Shown here piece by piece: positions 55,862 through 64,000 of a stretch of 64,000 nucleotides of DNA. The notes under the pieces are model-generated. The model saw only the letters and a list, made by a program, of their open reading frames with translations. It had not been told where the DNA came from and did not search any database. Every line of letters starts with the position of its first letter. Within the stretch, counting starts at the first letter, position 1. This DNA is from Eledone cirrhosa (lineage: Eukaryota): NCBI GenBank assembly GCA_964016885.1, contig OZ024742.1, forward strand, positions 190,464,001 to 190,528,000. Reading direction: 5' to 3'. The translations under genes were made by a program, and so were the position numbers.

Positions 55862-56132
55862 GAGAATTCCATTCCTGTGACTCGGTGACTTGAATTTCTT
55901 GCCACTGCGATCTTCTGTGCGTATTGGAGTAGTATGAAATGGAAGTCACGAGAAAGGCATTCAGTTTGAATACATGTCTATATTTATTGAGTACACTCCA
56001 CTTCATCTAGGCACCTACTCTCACCCATCACACCCACACCCACACACACACTCACACACACACACACACTCACACACACACACACACACCCAGACATACA
56101 CACACACACACATACACACACACACGCACACT

Positions 56133-56167
<35 letters not shown>

Positions 56168-56889
56168 CTATCTGTCTATAGTTGCAGAACACCTGGCAAC
56201 CGTATATATATATATATATACATATATAGAGGAAGATATAAATGTATTAATATTTTGAATTATCCTTGCATGTCTATTGGTTTTGTACAGGTAAAGAATT
56301 ACGCCATGTTCGTTAGATGATAGATTTTGGCCAGTTTTAACCAGCTGATATCTAACTTAATTTCACTTCCTAGTGAAGTATTTTATATCATAGTTTGGGC
56401 TATCATAGCCCACACAGTAATGGGTTGTTATTCACTGATTTATCTGATATATCATGTGTATATTTATACTGCGGTGACTTGTTTGAGCGTCAAACTATCT
56501 TTCTGGGTAGCAGTTCCCCCTAAGTCACCTTCGCCATTCATCCTTTCGGAGTCGGGAAATATAATACCAGTTAAAGGGCGATGGTTGGGCGGGATTATTA
56601 AAGAGCCGCGCCGGATATTTTGCTGTCTTTGACCTGACCATGTGCGTTCTGTGGTCAGATACTGCCTCGTGTTATGTGTTATGACCGTCAGATAGTCTCA
56701 GCAAGAGAAAGACAATTAGAAGCATTGTTCCCACTGTTTGATCTGTAGATCAACACATTTCCCCATGTTTAAATTCAATAAAATTCCTTAAAACAAGAGA
56801 AGATTCCTCAACTGACATTTGCGCCGTAAAAACTGTTTGAAATCGACCAACGAGTTAAAATACACAAAATTGATTATAATACATTAATT

Positions 56890-57270
56890 GCTAATTTTGG
56901 AAGAAGCCCAGCAAATTTCAGTGAAGTGCAAAATTGATTAGGGCAATCCCAGTACTACACTGGTAATTTTTCATCGACCCCAGAAGGATGAAGACAACCT
57001 TGGCGACGGAGGGATTTCAACTGAGAATGTAAAAAACCAGAACAAATAGTCTAGTGGCCTAGAGGCATTTTAGCCAGTCCAGCGCTGCTTATAATATATT
57101 ACCATTTGATAATATACCTTCCTATAGATAGGTAAGGCAACGAACTGGCGGAGTCATTAGAACGTTGGATATAGTAATTCGCACTATTTGTTTCAGCTCT
57201 CTGCTCTTTCAGATCAAATTCTGTCGAGGTTAACTTTGCCTTTCATCCATTCAGGTCAATAAAAAATTAC
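56890..57270. mobile_element. Two old, divergently oriented SINE copies
   Basis: Degenerate cores tcgaccccagaaggatgaag (minus) and gttaactttgcctttcatcc (plus). Confidence 0.6.
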
Positions 57271-57490
57271 AGTCGATTCTTACTCTATATCTCTTTCTCA
57301 TTTCCTTTCTCTCAAGCTCTATCATTCCCGGGGAGAGGTTTGAGTCCGCCAGGTTTAAAAACATGCTGTAAGAAACGCCGTATGTCAATACAACGCCCTA
57401 GAGAGGTACAGGTCCATATCATATGATATATACGTACGATGAAATGGCAGATCTATTGCTTTTTTTTATTCATTATTATAACCCAAATGA

Positions 57491-57670
57491 GGGCGGCGGA
57501 TTGGCTGCATCGGTAGAGAGTCAGACACCATGCTTTGCAGCGTAGAGTTATGGCCATTTACGGTCTGAGTTCAATTCCCGCCGAGGTTAACTGTGCCTTT
57601 CATCCTTACTGGGTCGATAAAATAAAGTACCAGTCACGCACTGGCCTTGTGCCTATATCAGAAACCATTA
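57491..57670 (+). mobile_element. tRNA-derived SINE
   Basis: TSD cattattataacccaaatg. Confidence 0.9.
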
Positions 57671-58756
57671 TTATAACCCAAATGGAAATCACCCATAATC
57701 AAATATATGTTGCAAAACGTGAATAACCTGGCGAATATGTTCGATAACACTGGTCAACAAAATTTTGTTTATTTTATTCTGACCTAAGTCTGAGACCTGT
57801 TCTTTGGAGCTCCCGGGTTTAAAAATGACAATACCTTTTTTTTCTATCACGTCAAGTTTTCACTTGAGCAAGGAGTGTATTCAAAATATCTGTGTTTTCT
57901 GTGTTCGAGCGAAAGACAAACATGAAAACCTGATGTGTTAGGTAAAAATGGATGCCATATTTGAAATCAGCACCTCAAAATTAGTAGAATCCAACAACTT
58001 AACCTAAATCAGCAAAAAGTGTGCTGACCAATTTAATCACCAGAAGTATGAACGTATCATCGTAGTTTTGAGCAGTAACCTGCTTCAATAAAACCTAACA
58101 AAACTTCAAAATAAATTCCAATTTTAATTGCACACTATTTAACATAGCTCCATGTAAACTTTTGAAAACTTGGTTTAATCGTTGAAACATTTCTGAAAAT
58201 TATTAAAAAATTATAACAATAAATGTAAACAAATGATGATAAATCGATTCATCGCCTTCCAAGCGATAAACAGCATTTCACCTTACACGAATCATTTAAC
58301 TAAAACCCATTATTCTTAAATAAATATTTTCGTATTTGAAGCCACGTTGAAATGTTTTAGTGAATATTTTCCTACTAATATATATATATATATATGTGTG
58401 TGTGTTTGCGTGTGTGTGTGTGTTTGCATATATATATATATATATATGCAAACACACACACACAAACACACATAAACTCATACACACACATATATGTATA
58501 AATGCACACGTACGGAATTTTATCTCCATAAGCGAGAAGGTATGTTCGTTGATTACGTTAAACGATTCACGCTTAGCCTCATTGCCCCAGAAATGTTTAA
58601 TTGATCTGCACCTTTTAATGGAATGGAATGACAGCTTCGAACTCCCTGTTCCCCTTCTCCACGATCCACCAGCTTTAAACAAACATAGGTAAGATTGTTT
58701 ATATATTCATCGTCATTTAACCCACTTTAATCCACTGATTAATTTACCTTAAATCA

Positions 58757-58788
<32 letters not shown>

Positions 58789-59182
58789 GTTCCATGCCCT
58801 GTGAATGTATTAAACTACTGCTACTAATCAGATTAAGACCAAGACTGATTGAGCTATTGGGGAATGCATTAAGCCCCGCTTGGTTTTGTTTGGTTTTCTT
58901 TTACTTCTCTCTTTAAGGATTTATTTTGTTAATGCTGTTGCAAATTATGTTGACTCTATTCGCAACCTTAATCAAATATACACTTAAAATTATTCTAAAA
59001 CTGCGTAGAGAGAGAACGAGAGAGGGGCGGGGCCGGAGAAAGTAAATGGGAAAGAAAGAGAAGCAAAGGAGAAGGAGGAAGGGAAAAAGGGCGACTGTTT
59101 GTGTTCGATTTCACCAAATTATATTGCCGATAATTCTCAATAACTCTATATATGCATATATATATGTATATAATATAGAAAT

Positions 59183-59233
59183 GGCCTCAACAGGACTAGA
59201 ACTGTTTCATTCGGGAGAAATCTTTAGGAAGCT
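59183..59233 (-). pseudogene. Degenerate hammerhead of the 37873 family (CTAAAGA)
   Basis: gcttc-CTAAAGA-tttctcccgaat-GAAA-CAGttctagtcCTG-TT-gaggc. Confidence 0.6.
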
Positions 59234-59698
59234 ATGTATTGAATACCTCGCTTACTGTGGTTACTCCCGATTGAACCCGGGATAAACTTATATATATATA
59301 TATAAAACATGAGAAGAAAGAGGAATACTGCGTGGTTGCACATGGGTTACATATTATAAAATTAGTCCCTCGTCAGTGATTTGCCAACCATCATTGTTAT
59401 TTCATCGCATTAAAAATCATATACCTCAGGTTGGTGCGAGCAATAACTAGAAAAAGCTATTGGGACAAGTGAGTCGCGTAAAGCGAGTTAGACAAGTAAA
59501 CAACATAGAAGGATAAAAGCAAACCGAAGATGGGAAAAAAAACAAGCAACATGGTTATCCGGTCAGCATAAGCTGGGTGAATTTCATGTGCGATCAGAAT
59601 ACAGACCGTCCGTCGTGAGTGAGATGTGAGCAAGAAAGGACCCCACTACTAACGAAACGGGAGGAAGTGAGAAGGGGAGAAACAGAGAGTGAGTGAGT

Positions 59699-59761
<63 letters not shown>

Positions 59762-59764
<3 letters not shown>

Positions 59765-59942
59765 CATATATTTTCGATTCAATCTGTAACAGATCTAACC
59801 TCGAGCTGTTCGATGGAGAAACATATGTAATGTGTGAATACATGTGATATGATGCAACACTGATTCCTCGTTTTTCATAATATTATACTCTGCTCTGCGC
59901 GAGTATCAAGTGCTCAACCGGCACATTTACCTGCAAACCGAC

Positions 59943-59981
<39 letters not shown>

Positions 59982-61078
59982 CTTCAAATCGATCGTCAAA
60001 TCGGACCGAGGAAATGATGTTTCCGTTGGTCTTTCCAGTTGCTAGTACTATCTATCGGTCGCAGCCCCAGGTAGAAGGAACAACGTGAAATAAAGTGTCT
60101 TGTTCAAGGCCATATCGCATCACCAGGTCAAAGGAATCGAACTCACAACCTCAAGATTGCGAATCCATCGGGGTAATTTCGGGTTACAAATAATAGGGGT
60201 TGGGAATAAGTCTTCAGTTGGAATAAGTGGGAACTGGGGTGCAATAAGTGGGGGTGAAGGTGGTGGAATAAGTGGAGGTGATGGTGGTGGAATAATTGTG
60301 TGTGATGGTGGTAGAATATGTGTGGGTGAAGGTGGTGGAATTAGTGGGGTGGAGTGTAGGGGGGTGGGGGTAAATAAGAGTAAATAAGAACGAGGGGTTG
60401 TAAACACTTTAAAAAATTGATAAGCGTGGAAGCGACACGAGAATAGGTTGTTATTGATATATAAAATACCTATCACAAAGTTAATATTGTCAATGATTTA
60501 AGTCACTATTTCGTTCCACAAAACTTGAGACATGCACTTACAGTTGATTTCATTATTACTACAGTTTAACAGAGGGCAGTGGATTGGTAGTATCGGTAGA
60601 GCGTCGAACAACATGCTTTGTGGCATAGAGTTACGTCACTTTTCGTTCTGAGTTCAAATCCCGCGGTGGTTATCTTTGCCTTTCATTCTTACGGAGTCGA
60701 TAAAATAAAGTACCAGTAACGCGCTGGGTCGATTTAATCGACTTTCCCCGCCCCTTAAAATTGTTAGCCTTGAACCTAAATCAGAAACCATTATTACGGT
60801 GAATTGGCAGTATCGGTAGAGGATCGGGCACCATGCTTTGACGCATAGAGTTACGGCCCTTGCCATTCTGAATTCAAATCCCGCCGAGGTTAACTTTGCC
60901 TTTCATCCTTACGGGGTCGATAAAATAAAGTACCAGTAATGCAGAGCAGAGTATAATATTATGAAAAACGAGGAATCAGTGTTGCATCATATCACATGTA
61001 TTCACACATTACATATGTTTCTCCGTCTAACAGCTCGAGGCAAGATCTGTTACAGATTGAATCGAAAATATATGATAT
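59762..61078. repeat. ~135 bp inverted repeats (59762-59898 / 60941-61078) around SINEs and a 24-bp G-rich repeat
   Basis: ttttcgattcaatctgtaacagatc...tattatactctgctctgc is mirrored. Confidence 0.85.
60573..60941 (+). mobile_element. Two tandem tRNA-derived SINEs
   Basis: Family head and core, twice. Confidence 0.85.
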
Positions 61079-61412
61079 ATATATATATATATATATATAC
61101 CAAGAGATTTACGATATGACACTATGACAAGATGCTTAATGTATCTATGGCAGTGTAGCATTGTGTCACACTATCTAACTCCATAATTACTGAAATAAAT
61201 TTCAGTAGTGGAGTGGTAATAATCGAACAAATCGATTAGCGTTATCAACATAATTAAACAAGTTATTTTCAACCAACTGGACTATTAAACATGTTGATAT
61301 ATACCCAAAAGAACGCAGGTATCGTTGATGGCAAACTGTCTATTAATTCATCCGTTATTAGTTTTCGGTTGTAGATCAATAAACATTTTTGTAAGCAGGA
61401 GCAAGCACTCAA

Positions 61413-61499
<87 letters not shown>

Positions 61500-61500
<1 letters not shown>

Positions 61501-63110
61501 TAACCCTGATAATGTACTCGCGCTACGTTGATGATATAAACATCGTAGTAAAAACACCCTCTCTGAGAACAGTCAGGAATTAGAGAAAAACACCATGGAA
61601 AGCATCCAGCAAATAGCTAACTCCATCTACCAGAATATTAGAGTTACTATAGACTACCCAAGGAAACACCCCAACCATCCATTACCTGTACTAGGCACAG
61701 AGCTCTGGTTAGAAACCATTAATAACAAAAAAACAAATCCTCCATTCCCATGATGCCAAACCCATGACTTCCAAATATCTGATCCACCGAAACTCAGCTG
61801 TTTCGGACCACACCAAAATCAACATACTGATTGCGGATTTAGTACGGATGATGAGAAACGTGTCCCGCATGTGCAACCCCAAAGAACTAGAGACACATAC
61901 AACACTTCATCCACCGTATGCAGTTCTCTGGTTACAATCAGAGAGATAAAATCAGAGTATATAGAGGAGCCAGAACCAGTTTGGAAAAAATCGTAATTAA
62001 TGAAACAAATGGGACCTACCCCTTGTATAGGAGCAAATTTTGGAATAGAATAGAAAGAACTGGGAATAAGGTTAATAGAATAAACTCATGGTATGATAGC
62101 AATAAATACCAGAGTGTAATATTCATCAATACAACCCCTAGAGGTGAACTAGCTTATAAATTTAGAAGGGCCCTAGATAAACTTAAACTAAATATTAAGA
62201 TAATAGAAAAACCAGGTACTTCCATAAAAACACTTATTAGTAATACATACCCTTTTTCAAAGACCTCCCTGTATAGGCATGAAATGCATAATTTGTAAAC
62301 TAAGGACCCATATTAACTGTAAAACTAGAAACATAGTATATACCATAACATGTACTGAAGTACAATGTAAAGATAAGAATATAGTGTACATATGTGAGAC
62401 AGCTCGTAGTATAGTGGCACGATTAAATGAACACTGGCAAGAGCTTCAAGATAGAGAAGAATCATCAGTACTCCACCAACATGCTAAAATAGAACATAAG
62501 GGCAAATTAGAGAACATAGAAATAAAAATAAAATCTACACACAGAGAGGCCGCAATGTTTAGACAAATCACAGAGGCAATAAACATAAATGAACTCGAAA
62601 CAAAATTAAATAGAAAACATAAATGGAATAGCAACATCACAACTTACAATTAAGGACAACATTTAAACACATACACATAGAACAAACAACCAACCAGTAA
62701 CATGTAAATAAACAAATAAATAAACAAATAAAAACACACACAAACACCCGGATGTAACGCACGCGTAAACTAAGCACACAGCACACACAAAAACAAGATG
62801 GCGTAGGACAGAACAAAGGAGAGGCACAAAACAAAGAGAAGAATCTCCAGTCACTGAAGATGTCACAGAATGTGTGACGAAAGAACTTTGACAATATATG
62901 AACAACCGTCCGGTTGTGGAACCAACCAACTAACCAACCAGAAATTTATAAATTTCTTAAATTTATAAATTTAATTTATAATAAATTGAACTGAAACATC
63001 TGGTGCGTGTGTTTTTCTTATTTGCAATATGACCCTCGCAAAGTATAACAATATCGGTTTCAACACACGTTTTCAGATAAAGAATCTTGCTAAACAAATT
63101 CAGAAACGAT
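61500..63110 (+). mobile_element. 5'-truncated Penelope-like element (third family)
   Basis: TIDYP...LPVLG.ELW, KPMTSKYLIHRNSA..ILIADLVRMMRN, MQFSGY, CIIC..CKTRNIVYTITC..C..VY.CETARS..RLNEH...RQITEA...LNRK. Confidence 0.85.
62850..62892 (+). ncRNA. Minimal type I hammerhead ribozyme in pLTR
   Basis: gtca-CTGAAGA-t-GTCACA gaatg TGTGAC-GAAA-GAAC-TT-tgac. Confidence 0.7.
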
Positions 63111-63114
63111 ATAT

Positions 63115-63147
<33 letters not shown>

Positions 63148-63229
63148 GTAATAATAATAAAATTGAAGACTAAAATCCAAAGAGGGCTCGATAAGGAAAA
63201 TATATATCAAATATATAAGAACCGTAGAG

Positions 63230-63307
<78 letters not shown>

Positions 63308-63477
63308 ATAGCTTGACCATTATAATATTATTACTCTCATTCTGTGTACGACGGAATGTTTGCATAGTAATCAATTAGAAGTCAGTATGTTACGTTTTCA
63401 CCACATTCTATTGTTATGCACATTTCAATGATATATGTTATGTAATGCTCAGATACGATCTTATATATATATATATT

Positions 63478-63535
<58 letters not shown>

Positions 63536-64000
63536 TATATAAATACGCCGCCACATATATATACATGTGTGTGTGTGTGTATTGGCATTTATTTATATAT
63601 GTATATATATCTATATATGTAATTTTACAAAAGCACTTTTCCAAATAATTTCGGCATAGTCTTTCCTCTTGGGCACACGTGTTATGACACAATCGATTTT
63701 TAAATGTCAATTAGTTCAGCATTCCTAATTCAATCGATTTCTTTAAATATTTGATTATTATTGATGAAATATGAATGACAAAAGTAAATATCGTGGGGCA
63801 TTAATTTTCACCCTCTTATGATCTCTGTTCAAATAACCGCTGATGCCAAATTCGACACTAATCTATTCAATATGATACATAGTTACCTATTATGTGCTTG
63901 CATCGATTCCTATAAACCAGAGATGTCCTAATCCAAGAAATCAACTTTTAGTTATTATTTATTATTCTTGTTATTATTATTATTTTTTTTAACGATGTTA

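Noticed and set aside
58530-59040. Possible exon ending ag|gtaaga (~58688) and a GC box (~59024)
   Set aside because: Short motifs expected by chance; peptide unrecognisable.
60120-60476. Proline-rich ORF
   Set aside because: Derived from a ~24-bp G-rich tandem repeat fused to a SINE.
63053-63082. Minus-strand CTGAAAA...GAAACCGAT motif
   Set aside because: C3/A8 mismatch and no convincing stems.

Overview
AT-rich, microsatellite-saturated eukaryotic DNA with no convincing host protein-coding gene. Most ORFs in the track are translations of (TA)n, (CA)n, (GA)n or (ATG)n. The dominant tRNA-derived SINE resembles octopod cephalopod SINEs, so an octopus-like genome is inferred. The window holds several decayed Penelope-like retroelements (PLEs; RT plus GIY-YIG), RTE-type LINE fragments (one with a twin-priming inversion), an RLE-type LINE 3' fragment, Helentron/DINE-1-like elements, many SINEs, minisatellites and a 200-N gap. 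The main signal not explained by the ORF track is RNA-level. About 20 type I hammerhead ribozyme (HHR) motifs from several sequence families are readable by eye. One family is a non-coding ~450-490 bp unit with one minimal HHR per monomer, found in tandem and inverted arrays (a retrozyme-like candidate). Some motifs show an apparent U3-A8 covariant core, and many long fold-back palindromes are built from HHR-bearing PLE ends. Coordinates were read by hand and may be off by a few bases. No folding or database search was run.
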